Of a stretch of 64,000 bases of DNA, positions 33,347 through 43,087 are shown one piece after another. The DNA is from Candidatus Marinacidobacterium sp. (GTDB taxonomy: Bacteria > Acidobacteriota > Vicinamibacteria > Marinacidobacterales > Marinacidobacteraceae), in contig OZ242011.1 in the NCBI GenBank assembly GCA_965204755.1, forward strand, positions 2,164,975 through 2,228,974. Direction: 5' to 3'. Within the stretch, counting starts at the first letter, position 1. Each line of letters begins with the position of its first letter. A program made the position numbers and the translations under genes. The notes beneath the pieces were generated by a model that made no database searches, was not told the origin of the DNA, and saw only the letters and a list, made by a program, of their open reading frames with translations.

Positions 33347-36169
33347 TCAGGCGATCGCGGCCCCGTCGGCGTCCATGCGGCTGATCGGGCCGTAGCCCAG
33401 GCGGGAGAGGCCCGGCTCCAAGCGGTCGGCGTCGCCGACCACCACCAGCGCGCCGCCCTCCGGGGAGAGGTGCTTCGCCGCCGCCTCGGCGACCTGGTCG
33501 CGGGTCACGGCGGCCACCCGGTCGGGGAACTCGCGGATGTCCGACAGCGGGCCGCCGCGGTGGAGGATGCCGCCGATGACCCCTTTCACGCCGCCCAGCG
33601 TCTCGAAGTGCTGGGTGTAGGTGCGGATGAGCGTCTTCTTCGCCTCCTCCACCTCCCGGACGAGGACGCGGCGCCGGCCGGAGGCGATCCGCTCGACTTC
33701 CGCGAGCAGTTCCGGGATGGCGGCGTCCGCCATCTCCAGGTTCACCGACGCGGAGGCGGAGAGGATCGAGCCGTCGGTCAACTGGCGGCTGCCGGCGAAG
33801 GCGCCGTAGGTCGCTCCCATCCGCTCCCGGAGGTTCAGGTTCAGCCGGCTGGAGAAACCCCCTCCCAGGATCTGGAGCGCCAACCGGAGCGCCAGCCGCT
33901 CCGGAATGTCCCGAGGCGGGCCGGCCTTCACCCAGCGCGCGACCGCCTGCGGGCTCTCGGCGGCCATCCGGTGGAGCAGGACCCCCCGGCCGGGCGGCGC
34001 CGGCAGTTCCGGCGCGGGCGGCCGCTCCGGGACTTCGCCCCGCGCCCACTCGCCGAAGAACTCGTCGAAGACCTCCACCACCCGGTCGGTCTCGATGTCG
34101 CCGCAGACGATGAACGCCGGATCGTCCGGGACGAACCGCCGCCGGTGGAACTCGGCCAGGTCGTCCACCCGCACGGCGGCGAGCGAGTCCTCGTCCGACC
34201 GCCAGCCGTACGGGTGCTCGTCGGAGAAGACCGCCCGCCGGGCGATGCGGCCGGCGACCGAGTTCGGGTTGGCCCGCGCCTGTTTCAACGCGTCGAGATG
34301 GAGCGGGATCAACTGGGCCAACTCCTTCTCCGGGAAGGTCGGCCGCCGCAGCAGGTCCACCGCCAGGGCCAGCGTCGGGCGCAGGTGCTCGGTGAGGCAG
34401 GAGAAGGAGACGCTCATCGCCTCGGCCCCGGCCCCGGCGCCGAGGTCCGCGCCCATCCGGTCGAGCGCCGCCTCGAACTCGTGCGCGGTCCGGCTGCCGG
34501 CGCCCCGGCTCATCATGGTCGCCGTGAGGCCGGCGAGACCGGCGAGCCGGCGCGGCTCGTTCACCTTGCCTCCGCGAAACCGGAGCGTGGCTTCGATCAT
34601 CGGCAGGTCCCGGCGTTCGTGGACGACCACCGGGACGCCGGCCGCCGACTCCCGGGACTCCGGCAGCGGCGCGGTGAACCGGCCGGCCGGCCCGCGGCGC
34701 GGCGGGCGGGAACGGTCCGGTTCCGGCGGCAACTCCGGAACGGGCCCGACCGGGGTGACGGTCGGCGCCCGCCAGTCCGCCGGCCCCACCGGGACCGGGA
34801 CTACGGGCGGCGCCCCGGCGGCGTCCGGCTCGCCGTAGAGCAACTCCACCCGGGGCGCGAGCAGGTAGCGGTTCGCGACGCGCGCCAGGTCCGCCTGCTC
34901 CACTTCGCGGTAGCGCACCCAGTGTTCGGAGAGTTTGTCCGGCTCTCCGAGATAAGTGGTGTACCGGGCCAGCAGGTCGGCCTTGGTGGCGAGCCGCTCC
35001 AAGGCGCCCACGAACGACACCTGCGTCTCCGCCTTGACCCGCTCCACTTCCTCCGGGGTCGGCCCTTCGGCGGCGATCCGCGCCAGTTCCTCGTCCATCG
35101 CTTCCCGGACGCGGTCGAGCGGCGTCCCCGGCCGGGCGGTAACCACCACCCCGGTCAGCCCGCCCGACTCCAGCGAGTACTGGAACGCGTTCACGCCCGA
35201 CGCGATGCGGTCCTCATAGACCAGCCGGTGGTAGAGGCGCGAGTTCAGGCCGTCCGAGAGGACATCGGACAGCATGTCGAGCGCCGGCTCGTCCGGGTGG
35301 AAGAACGGAATGGTCGGCCAGCAGCAGTAGAGGCGGGCGTGGGGCACTTCGTCCGGGGCCGTGATGCGCCGCGTCTCGGTGAGTCCGATCGGCGGGAACT
35401 CGGGACGGCCCGGGCGGTCGCCGGGCGGAATGGAACCGAAGTAGCGCGTGGCCTGGGTAAGCGCCGTCCGCTCGCCCAGGTCGCCGGCGATCACGAGGAC
35501 GGCGTTGTTCGGGACATACCACGCGCGGAAGAAGTCGTGGACTTCCTCCAGGGTGGCTTCGGCGAGATGTTCCATGTCGCCGATGACATCCCAAGAATAC
35601 GGATGCCCGGCGGGAAAGAGCGCATGGAAGATGCGCTCCCACGCCGTGCCGTACGGCACATTGTCCATGCGCTGCAGCCGCTCGTTCCGCACGACTTCGC
35701 GTTGGGTGTCGAGCCGCGTCCGGTCGAGGACATCGAGCAGCCAGCCCATCCGGTCCGACTCGGCCCAAAGCGCCAGCCCGAGCGCCTCCTTCGGGACGGT
35801 CTCGTAGTAGTTCGTCCGGTCGTGGCTGGTCGTGCCGTTCACCCCCCCCGCGGACAGGCTGGCCCCGGCTTTCTCCATCAACCGGATGAAGTGCTGGTCG
35901 TTGTTCCGCGAACCTTCGAACATCAGGTGTTCGAAGAGGTGGGCGAACCCGGTGCGCCAGGGCTGTTCGTTCTTCGAGCCCACGTGGTACCAGAGCGCGA
36001 CATGCGCCACCGGCAACCGGCGGTCCTCGTGGAACAGGACGCGGAGGCCGTTGTCGAGCGTGTGGAGACTCGAAGGGACGCTGACTTCCGCCGCCATCTC
36101 GAGCGGCGCGGCGTTTCCCCGGGCCGGGCGGGCCGATCGGGGCGGGGCGGGAAGCGGGGGTTCGGGCAT
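33347..36169 (-). CDS. Pitrilysin-type M16 zinc peptidase (two fused M16 units)
   Basis: HLFEHLMFEGS (HxxEH) and a second inactive-type half. Start at ATG 36169 or ATG 36097. The track ORF start at 36439 is an upstream read-through. Confidence 0.85.
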   Translation of the reverse strand: MPEPPLPAPPRSARPARGNAAPLEMAAEVSVPSSLHTLDNGLRVLFHEDRRLPVAHVALWYHVGSKNEQPWRTGFAHLFEHLMFEGSRNNDQHFIRLMEKAGASLSAGGVNGTTSHDRTNYYETVPKEALGLALWAESDRMGWLLDVLDRTRLDTQREVVRNERLQRMDNVPYGTAWERIFHALFPAGHPYSWDVIGDMEHLAEATLEEVHDFFRAWYVPNNAVLVIAGDLGERTALTQATRYFGSIPPGDRPGRPEFPPIGLTETRRITAPDEVPHARLYCCWPTIPFFHPDEPALDMLSDVLSDGLNSRLYHRLVYEDRIASGVNAFQYSLESGGLTGVVVTARPGTPLDRVREAMDEELARIAAEGPTPEEVERVKAETQVSFVGALERLATKADLLARYTTYLGEPDKLSEHWVRYREVEQADLARVANRYLLAPRVELLYGEPDAAGAPPVVPVPVGPADWRAPTVTPVGPVPELPPEPDRSRPPRRGPAGRFTAPLPESRESAAGVPVVVHERRDLPMIEATLRFRGGKVNEPRRLAGLAGLTATMMSRGAGSRTAHEFEAALDRMGADLGAGAGAEAMSVSFSCLTEHLRPTLALAVDLLRRPTFPEKELAQLIPLHLDALKQARANPNSVAGRIARRAVFSDEHPYGWRSDEDSLAAVRVDDLAEFHRRRFVPDDPAFIVCGDIETDRVVEVFDEFFGEWARGEVPERPPAPELPAPPGRGVLLHRMAAESPQAVARWVKAGPPRDIPERLALRLALQILGGGFSSRLNLNLRERMGATYGAFAGSRQLTDGSILSASASVNLEMADAAIPELLAEVERIASGRRRVLVREVEEAKKTLIRTYTQHFETLGGVKGVIGGILHRGGPLSDIREFPDRVAAVTRDQVAEAAAKHLSPEGGALVVVGDADRLEPGLSRLGYGPISRMDADGAAIA

Positions 36170-37388
36170 GAAGCGCGCCAATATACTGCCCCGTTCCGCC
36201 CGTTCGGCCCCCGATTTCCCGTTGCGAACCACCCCCCGGACGCGGCGTTCGGCCGCCGCTCGCCGCTTCGCCGGCGGGCTCGTTCTCGCGGCTTCCGCCT
36301 CCGGAGCGGCCCCGCCGCCCCAACCCGCCGACCCGTTCACCGCCGACCGGCCGGTCGAGGCGATGGTCGGCAAGCAGGTGGTCTTCGAGACGACCCGCGG
36401 AGACTTCGTCGTCGAGGTCCTGCCGGAGAAGGCGCCCAACCACGCGGCGTTCTTCCTGAAGCAGGCGGAGGAAGGGGCCTACGACGGCACCGCCTTCCAC
36501 CGGGTGATCGCCCGCGGCATCGTCCAGGGCGGGGATCCCCTGTCGAAGGACCCGGAGGCGGCGGACCGCTACGGGACCGGCGGGCTGCTGCGCCTCGCGC
36601 GGGAGCCGAACGACGAACGCCACACCCGGGGCGCGGTGTCCGCGGTGCAGGTCCCCGGTCAGCCGGACAGCGCCGGTTCCCAGTTCTTCGTGGTGATCAC
36701 CGACCAACCCGGGCTCGACGGCGCTTACACCGTGTTCGCCCGGGTGGTGGAAGGCCTGCGCCCGCTCACCGCGATCTCGGAGGTCGAGGCGGACGAGGGC
36801 GGCCGGCCGCTCGAGCGGGTGGAAGTGGTTCGCGCGGTCGTCCGCGACCGGCCGCCGGAAGTCGCCCCGCCGTTCACGGAGGAAAGCGACGCCGAACTCG
36901 CGAACCACCGGGTCGTCCTCGAAACGCCCTTCGGCGAGATCGGGATCGAGTTGCTCCCGGAGACCGCGCCGAACCATGTCCGCAACTTCCTCCGGCTGGC
37001 GGCGCTCGGCGCCTACGACGGTACCGCGTTCCACCGCGTCGTTCCCGGCTTCATGATCCAGACCGGCTGGATGGAGACCCGGGAGCCGCTGCTGCCGGAA
37101 TCGCTCGAAAAACACATCACCAACCTGCAGCCGGAGTTCTCCGACCTGCCGCACGAGCCGGGGACGGTCTCCATGGCGCGGCTAGCCGAACCCGACAGCG
37201 CCATGACCAGTTTCTTCATCGTCACCGCGCGGGCGCCGGCGCTCGACGGCGAATACACGGTCTTCGGGAGGGTGGTCTCCGGCTACGAGGCGGTGGAAGC
37301 GATCGAGGCCCTCCCGGCGGCGGAGGACGAGTCGCCGCTCGAACGGGTCGCGATCCGTCGGGCCCGCACCGAGCCGGTCTCCCGATGA
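36168..37388 (+). CDS. Secreted peptidyl-prolyl cis-trans isomerase with two cyclophilin domains
   Basis: Two copies of the cyclophilin signature (FHRVIARGIVQGGDP...GSQFFV and FHRVVPGFMIQTG...TSFFIV). Arg-rich signal peptide. Start uncertain. Confidence 0.85.
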   Translation: MKRANILPRSARSAPDFPLRTTPRTRRSAAARRFAGGLVLAASASGAAPPPQPADPFTADRPVEAMVGKQVVFETTRGDFVVEVLPEKAPNHAAFFLKQAEEGAYDGTAFHRVIARGIVQGGDPLSKDPEAADRYGTGGLLRLAREPNDERHTRGAVSAVQVPGQPDSAGSQFFVVITDQPGLDGAYTVFARVVEGLRPLTAISEVEADEGGRPLERVEVVRAVVRDRPPEVAPPFTEESDAELANHRVVLETPFGEIGIELLPETAPNHVRNFLRLAALGAYDGTAFHRVVPGFMIQTGWMETREPLLPESLEKHITNLQPEFSDLPHEPGTVSMARLAEPDSAMTSFFIVTARAPALDGEYTVFGRVVSGYEAVEAIEALPAAEDESPLERVAIRRARTEPVSR

Positions 37389-38413
37389 ACGCCTCCCGGC
37401 CGGCGAGTTCCCGAACGGCCGGCGGGCCGCTCGAGGTGGCCATCGTCGGCGCCGGTCCCTCCGGACTCGCCGCCGCCATCGAATGCCGGCGGCAGGGCCT
37501 CCGCCACGAAGTCTTCGAGAAGGGGAGTCTGGTGGACACCATCCGCCGCTTCCCGGTCCACATGGTGTTCTTCACCACGCCGGAACTCCTGGAGATCGGC
37601 GGGCTGCCCCTGGTGTGCCACCGGGAGAAGCCGTCGCGTTTCGAGTCGCTCATCTACTACCGGAAGGTGGCGCAGCACTTCGACCTGCGCCCGCGCCTGT
37701 TCACCCGGGTGGCCCGGTTGGAGCGGTCGAAGAGCGGTCTCTTCACGCTCCACCTGAAGAGCGAGCGGCAGGGGATCCCCGACCCGGCGCCGGTCGAGGC
37801 CGAGAATGTGGTCCTCGCCATCGGGTACTTCGACAACCCGAACCGCCTCGGGATTCCGGGAGAGGACCTGGACAAGGTCTCGCACCGGTTCGTGGAGACG
37901 CACCCCTACTTCGGCTCGCGGGTCGCGGTGGTCGGCGGCGGGAACTCGGCGGCGGAGACCGCGCTCGAGTTGTACCGGGCCGGGGTCGAAGTGACGCTGA
38001 TCCACCGGGGCGAGACGCTCTCGTCCCACTTGAAGTACTGGGTGCGGCCGGACATCGAGAACCGGCTGGAGCGGAAGGAGATCGCCGGCCGGCTGGGGAG
38101 CGCGCTCACCGAGGTGCGGAGTGACTCCATCCTCGTTCGCGGCCCCGACGGCCGGAGCGAGGAGATCGGGAACGACTTCGTGCTGCCGCTCATCGGCTAC
38201 CGGCCGGACTACCGGTTCCTCGAGTCCGTCGGCGTGCGGAGCGCCGGCCCCGACGAGGCGCCGGTGACCGACCCGGAGACCTTCGCCACCGAAGTGCCCG
38301 GGCTCTATCTCGCCGGAGGCGTGGTCGCCGGCAAACGGACGAACACCGTCTTCATCGAGAACGGACGGTTCCACGGCGAGGCGATCGTCCGCCACCTCTG
38401 CCGGGAGCGGTGA
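37385..38413 (+). CDS. YpdA-like FAD-dependent pyridine nucleotide-disulfide oxidoreductase
   Basis: VAIVGAGPSGLAAA and VAVVGGGNSAAETA dinucleotide folds. The ATG overlaps the PPIase stop (ATGA). Confidence 0.75.
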   Translation: MNASRPASSRTAGGPLEVAIVGAGPSGLAAAIECRRQGLRHEVFEKGSLVDTIRRFPVHMVFFTTPELLEIGGLPLVCHREKPSRFESLIYYRKVAQHFDLRPRLFTRVARLERSKSGLFTLHLKSERQGIPDPAPVEAENVVLAIGYFDNPNRLGIPGEDLDKVSHRFVETHPYFGSRVAVVGGGNSAAETALELYRAGVEVTLIHRGETLSSHLKYWVRPDIENRLERKEIAGRLGSALTEVRSDSILVRGPDGRSEEIGNDFVLPLIGYRPDYRFLESVGVRSAGPDEAPVTDPETFATEVPGLYLAGGVVAGKRTNTVFIENGRFHGEAIVRHLCRER

Positions 38414-40110
38414 GTCCGGGTCGGGGCCCCCGGCCCCCGGCGGCGGCTGCCCGCGCGGGGGGGCAGGGGGCGGTCGGCGCGAGGCGGGAGCCGCTCGACT
38501 GGCGGATCGAACACGCGCTCATCGTGGACGGGACCGGCGCGCCGGGCCGGTTCGGCCACCTCGGCATCCGGGCCGGCCGCTTCGCGCCGCCGGAGGCCCC
38601 GGCGCACCGCCGCCTGAATGCCTCCGGGCTGGTGGCGGCGCCGGGATTCGTGGACCTCCATTCCCACGGGGACCTGGTCTTGGCGAGCGAGGGCCCGGGC
38701 CGCTCCCGGATGATCGCCGGCCGGCTGGCGCAGGGGATCACCACCGAGGTCATCGGCAACTGCGGCCTCGGGGCCGCCCCGCTCCACGGGGAGGCGGCGG
38801 CCCTCGCTCCCCCGGTGCACGCCTGGATGACGCCGGCGGGCGTCCGCTGGCGGTGGGAGTCCCTCGCCGACTACTTCGCCGCGCTGGAGACCCTGGGTCT
38901 GCCGCTGAATGTGGCGGCGCTCGTTCCCCACGGCCTGCTCCGCCTCGGCGCGATGGGCCTCCGTCCGGGAGCGCCGGACGCCGGCGAGAAGGCGGCGATG
39001 GGCGCTGCGCTCGAACGAGCGCTCGAGGAAGGGGCGTTCGGCCTTTCCTGCGGCCTGATCTACCCGCCGGGGATGTTCAGCCCCACCGAGGAACTGCTGG
39101 GGCTGGCGCGGGACCTGGCGGCGACGGACGGGCTCTTCACCGCGCATGTGCGGGGATCGAGCGAGACCCTGCTCCCGGCGGTGGACGAACTGATCGCCAT
39201 CGGGCGGGGCGCCGGGGTACGGGTCCACCACAGCCACGCCGAGGCGGTGGGCCGGGCCCACTGGCCGCAACTCGACCGCTTCCTGGCGGCCGAAGCCCGG
39301 GCGCGCCGGGAAGGCGTGCGCGTCTCGGCGGACATGTTCCCCTACCCGGTGGCCGCCACCATGATGTACGCCATCTATCCGCCGTGGGCGCTCGAAGGCG
39401 GGACGGCGGAGTTGCTGGCCCGGTTGCGCGACCCCGGGACCCGCGCCCGGATCGCGGGGGACATCGAGACCGTCCGCCCGGAGTGGCCTCCGTGGGAGCC
39501 GGGCGGCTGGCCCCACAACCTGGTGGCGGCCGTCGGGTGGGACCGGATCCTGGTGTCCGGCGTCGGCAGCGGCGCCCCGGACGCGGTCGGCCGGTCGCTG
39601 GCGGAACTCGGCGAGGCCGCCGGGAAGACCCCGTTCGACGCGGTCTCGGACCTCATGCTGGAAGAGGAGGGCGCTGTCGGGCAGTTCGTCCTGGACATCA
39701 CCGGCGAGAGGGGTCTCGCCCGTCTCGCCGCCGAGCCGGAAGTCGCCTTCATCACCGACGCGAACGACTACGGCCGCGGCTCGCCGCACCCGGCGGCCTG
39801 CGGGGCGTTCCCGAAAGTCCTCGCCCGCTATGTCCGCGCGGAGGGGGCGCTCTCGCTGGAGGAGGCCGTCCGGCGCATGACCTCGCTGCCGGCGGACATC
39901 GTCGGCCTTCGAGACCGCGGCCGCATCGCCGACGACCTGCCCGCCGACCTGGCGCTCTTCGACCCCAACACCGTCACCGACCGCGCCACCCTCGAGTCCC
40001 CCCGCCGCCGCGCCGCCGGCATCCGCCTGACCTTCGTGAACGGCATCCCGGTGACCCGCGACGGCCACTACACCGGCGCCCTCCCCGGCCGCGTCCTCCG
40101 CCGGTCCTGA
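38410..40110 (+). CDS. N-acyl-D-amino-acid deacylase (D-aminoacylase) family amidohydrolase
   Basis: GFVDLHSHGD metal motif, ITTEVIGNCG, overall D-aminoacylase layout. The GTG start overlaps the upstream stop (GTGA). Confidence 0.8.
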   Translation: MSPGRGPRPPAAAARAGGQGAVGARREPLDWRIEHALIVDGTGAPGRFGHLGIRAGRFAPPEAPAHRRLNASGLVAAPGFVDLHSHGDLVLASEGPGRSRMIAGRLAQGITTEVIGNCGLGAAPLHGEAAALAPPVHAWMTPAGVRWRWESLADYFAALETLGLPLNVAALVPHGLLRLGAMGLRPGAPDAGEKAAMGAALERALEEGAFGLSCGLIYPPGMFSPTEELLGLARDLAATDGLFTAHVRGSSETLLPAVDELIAIGRGAGVRVHHSHAEAVGRAHWPQLDRFLAAEARARREGVRVSADMFPYPVAATMMYAIYPPWALEGGTAELLARLRDPGTRARIAGDIETVRPEWPPWEPGGWPHNLVAAVGWDRILVSGVGSGAPDAVGRSLAELGEAAGKTPFDAVSDLMLEEEGAVGQFVLDITGERGLARLAAEPEVAFITDANDYGRGSPHPAACGAFPKVLARYVRAEGALSLEEAVRRMTSLPADIVGLRDRGRIADDLPADLALFDPNTVTDRATLESPRRRAAGIRLTFVNGIPVTRDGHYTGALPGRVLRRS

Positions 40111-40164
40111 GCCGCGGGGCGCGCCCCGCGCGGCCCCGTCGCCGCCCGGTCGCGCCCGGCCCGA

Positions 40165-40554
40165 TTACGGCTCTTCCCGGCCGTCGCGCGGGACCAGAAC
40201 CGTCCGGAACCAGTCCTGACGATCGGCGGCGGCCCGCAACGCCTGACCGGCCCGTGGATCCCTCTTCTCCACTTCGCGGACCAACTGCATCAACTGCTCG
40301 TGCTTCTCGCCGGCGTCCTTCGCGAGTCGGCGCCGCAGTCCGTCGTCACGATGGGCGACTTCCGCGAAAGCGCACCAGAGGTCCTGCGCCACTTTCTCCC
40401 AGTCGTGCCGGAACGCTTCGGCGTCCGACATCACCCGGGTCCGGCGGGGGGCGAGTCCGTACAGGTCGAAGACGCTCGCCAGCCCTTCGAGGAATGCCGC
40501 CCACCGGCGCCGCTTGGGCTGCGGCGCGCCGGGCCCACCGCCGTTTCGAGTCAC
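40165..40554 (-). CDS. Hypothetical 129-aa protein translationally coupled to the S9 peptidase
   Basis: GTG 40554 overlaps the peptidase stop (GTGA). Charged helical sequence, no family recognised. Confidence 0.45.
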   Translation of the reverse strand: MTRNGGGPGAPQPKRRRWAAFLEGLASVFDLYGLAPRRTRVMSDAEAFRHDWEKVAQDLWCAFAEVAHRDDGLRRRLAKDAGEKHEQLMQLVREVEKRDPRAGQALRAAADRQDWFRTVLVPRDGREEP

Positions 40555-43055
40555 GGTTCCAGCCCCGGAGACCGATCGCTCGAGGCCCCGCTCGACTTAC
40601 TCCCCTGACCCGGCGGAGGTGAGGAGTCCGTCGGCGGTCGGTCTTCGGCGCCGCCGGTCAGGTGGCGGTCGAAGAAGTCGGTCATGCGGCGGTAACTGTC
40701 GCGGCGGGTGGGGATTTCGTCCCAGCCGTGGTCCTCCACCGGATAGACCACGAGGTCGAAGTCCTTCTGCTTCTCGATGAGGATCTGCGCCAGCCGGAAG
40801 GAGTCCTGGATCTGGACATTGCCGTCCACCAGGCCGTGCTGGATCTGGAGCGCGTCTTCCAGCCCGTCGGCGTAGTACACCGGGCTCGAAACGCGGTAGG
40901 CCTCCTCGTCGTCGAGTTGGCTGCCGTTCAGGATGCGGCTCGTGTACCCCTGGTTGTAGTGGGCCCAGTCGGTCACCGGGTAGAGGGCCACTCCCGCCGC
41001 ATACCTCCCGGGATGGCGGAAGAGGGACATCAGCGTGAAGAAGCCGCCGTAGGAGCCGCCGTACACCCCGATTCGTCCGGGGTGGACGCCGTTCCGTTCG
41101 ACGAGTCGGTCGAGCAGCGGCAGGGCGCTGTCGATGTCGGAGACGCCCATCTGCCGGTAGGCGTAGGTGCGGTTCCGGTGCCCGTAGCCGGAACTCCCCC
41201 GGTAGTCCACGGAAGCGGCGGCATACCCGCGTTGCCGGAGGAAGTTCGCATAGACGATGCTGCCGAGTCGGCTCCAGCCCTTGACCACCGCCTGCGCGCA
41301 CTCCCCGCAGCCGTGCGCGTACACCACCGCCGGCGTCTCGCCGGCGACGGCGCCTTCGGGGGTGTCCCAGATGCGCGCCCAAGCCGTGTTGCCGTCGGGC
41401 AGGTCGTACTCCACGATCTCGCTTCCCGCCCAGGCCGTCCGGTAGAAGGCGTCGGTTCCGCTCTTGGTGACGCGGACCGGTTCGGCGCCGGATTCCGCGG
41501 CGTCCAGCAGGTGGAGGTCGCCGAACTCGGTGAGCGACTGGCGGACGAGGGCCACCCGTCCGCCGTCCGGGGAGACCTCCCAGGAGTGCATCGCCTCCCC
41601 CTCGGTCAGCCGGGTGAGCGGGCCGCCCTGCGCCGGCAGCCGGTAGAGATGCTCCTCGCCCGGGTGTTCCCTGCTGGTGGTGAGGAAGAACGACTCGCCG
41701 TCCGGCGCGAGTTCGGCGCGCCGCACTTCGAACGCGCCTTCCGTGAGCGCCGAGACTTCGCCGCCTTCGGGCCTCGCGAGCAGCAACATGGCCCAGCCGC
41801 TCTCCACCGACCCGAAGACGAAACCCCGGGAGTCCGGAAGCCAGGTGAGCATTCCCGGCCGCCAGCGCCCTTCGACCAGCGGACCGCCGATCCACGCCTC
41901 TTCGGTCTGGTGGTCGAGGTGGCGGAGCGCGGCGGTGTCGAAGTCCAGCAGCGAGATCCAGCGGCTCTTGTGATCCATGGAGAGCGTCTGCATCGCGGCC
42001 CACCGGCCGTCGGGGCTCCATTCCGGGCCGTGGATGACGGTCGCCCGTTCCTCGCCGTCCTCGATCCAGCGGATGTCGATGTCTTCCTGCCGCGCGGCGG
42101 GGTCCACCTCGACGAACCCGGTGCGCCAGGACGGGAGCGCTTCGCCGACCTTGGGCCGCGCGTCCTTCTCCGTCGCCCGCCCGCTCTCGTTCACGAACTC
42201 CATGAACTCGGTCCGGCGCGGCTCCGCCGGGTCCTTCCGCGAACGGAACGCGAGGTATCGGCCGTCGGGGGACAGCCGCAGGTCAGTAATCCGCTCCCCC
42301 TTCGGGACCGGTATCCGCTGCGGCGGCGCGGTGCGCTGCATCCGGCGCAATTCCTCCCGGCGTTCTTCGCGTTCCTTCCGTTCCCGCACGACGGCGACCA
42401 GTTCGGTCTGCTGCGCCTCCAACCACGCCTGTTGTTTCGAGTCCTCCTCTTCCGCCGGAACCGCTTCGGCCACCTGGCGGACCAGCCCGGAGGCGAGGTC
42501 GTACTCCCACAGGTCGCCGTTCTCCGAAGCGGTCGGGGTCAGCCCCTCCGTGGCGAAGTGGAGGACGCTCCCGTCCGGACGCATCCGCAGCGCGCCGAGC
42601 GATCCCGCGGCGGAATAGACCGCGCGGGTTCCCCGTTCGGCGGTCCAGACGAACAGCGTCCCGTCCCGGCTCCAGGCGGTGGCGCCCGTGTCCCGGGAAC
42701 GAACCGCGTCCGCTCCCGGAACCAGCCGGACCTCGTCCGGCGCGAGTTCGCGCAGCGTCCGCCCTTCCCGGTCGGCGGCGAACCAGGGGTCGTCCTCCGG
42801 CAACTGCCCGGGGGTCGGGGATTCATTCCAGCGGAAGTAGATCTCGCTCCCGTCGGGCGCCCAGCGCAGGTCGCGCGGCGCGAGCCCGAAGACCCGGGGG
42901 CCGCCGCCGAGGTGGTCGAGCGTCAGTCGGAAGGTCGGGTCGGCGTCTTCGGGCGTCAGGGAAGACTGGGAGCGCAACTGCGCGGACGCCGGCAGGACGC
43001 CGCAGAGCGAAACGGCGGCGGCGGCCAGGGCCGGCAGGACGGGGAGTCTCGGCAT
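40551..43055 (-). CDS. Secreted S9-family serine peptidase (beta-propeller plus alpha/beta-hydrolase domain)
   Basis: ATG 43055 with GAGGAAGG upstream. Signal peptide MPRLPVLPALAAAAVSLCG. Nucleophile GGSYGG, and later VEDHGW. The 1399-aa track ORF is a read-through across the next gene. Confidence 0.85.
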   Translation of the reverse strand: MPRLPVLPALAAAAVSLCGVLPASAQLRSQSSLTPEDADPTFRLTLDHLGGGPRVFGLAPRDLRWAPDGSEIYFRWNESPTPGQLPEDDPWFAADREGRTLRELAPDEVRLVPGADAVRSRDTGATAWSRDGTLFVWTAERGTRAVYSAAGSLGALRMRPDGSVLHFATEGLTPTASENGDLWEYDLASGLVRQVAEAVPAEEEDSKQQAWLEAQQTELVAVVRERKEREERREELRRMQRTAPPQRIPVPKGERITDLRLSPDGRYLAFRSRKDPAEPRRTEFMEFVNESGRATEKDARPKVGEALPSWRTGFVEVDPAARQEDIDIRWIEDGEERATVIHGPEWSPDGRWAAMQTLSMDHKSRWISLLDFDTAALRHLDHQTEEAWIGGPLVEGRWRPGMLTWLPDSRGFVFGSVESGWAMLLLARPEGGEVSALTEGAFEVRRAELAPDGESFFLTTSREHPGEEHLYRLPAQGGPLTRLTEGEAMHSWEVSPDGGRVALVRQSLTEFGDLHLLDAAESGAEPVRVTKSGTDAFYRTAWAGSEIVEYDLPDGNTAWARIWDTPEGAVAGETPAVVYAHGCGECAQAVVKGWSRLGSIVYANFLRQRGYAAASVDYRGSSGYGHRNRTYAYRQMGVSDIDSALPLLDRLVERNGVHPGRIGVYGGSYGGFFTLMSLFRHPGRYAAGVALYPVTDWAHYNQGYTSRILNGSQLDDEEAYRVSSPVYYADGLEDALQIQHGLVDGNVQIQDSFRLAQILIEKQKDFDLVVYPVEDHGWDEIPTRRDSYRRMTDFFDRHLTGGAEDRPPTDSSPPPGQGSKSSGASSDRSPGLEP

Positions 43056-43087
43056 CGGGCGTCCTTCCTCGGGGGGATCTCCCGGGT

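Noticed and set aside
33470-38413. 1647-aa + strand ORF, with similar giants at 40551..44750 (-), 26666..30049 (+), 25647..28802 (+), 60376..63336 (-), 11004..13046 (-) and 4173..5753 (+)
   Set aside because: In this stop-codon-poor GC-rich DNA, frames stay open across several real genes or antisense to them. Only the terminal parts show recognisable protein families (YpdA-like, S9 peptidase, methyltransferase, PurL, HEAT protein, RlmN). The upstream parts are Arg/Pro/Gly-rich nonsense that overlaps well-supported genes.
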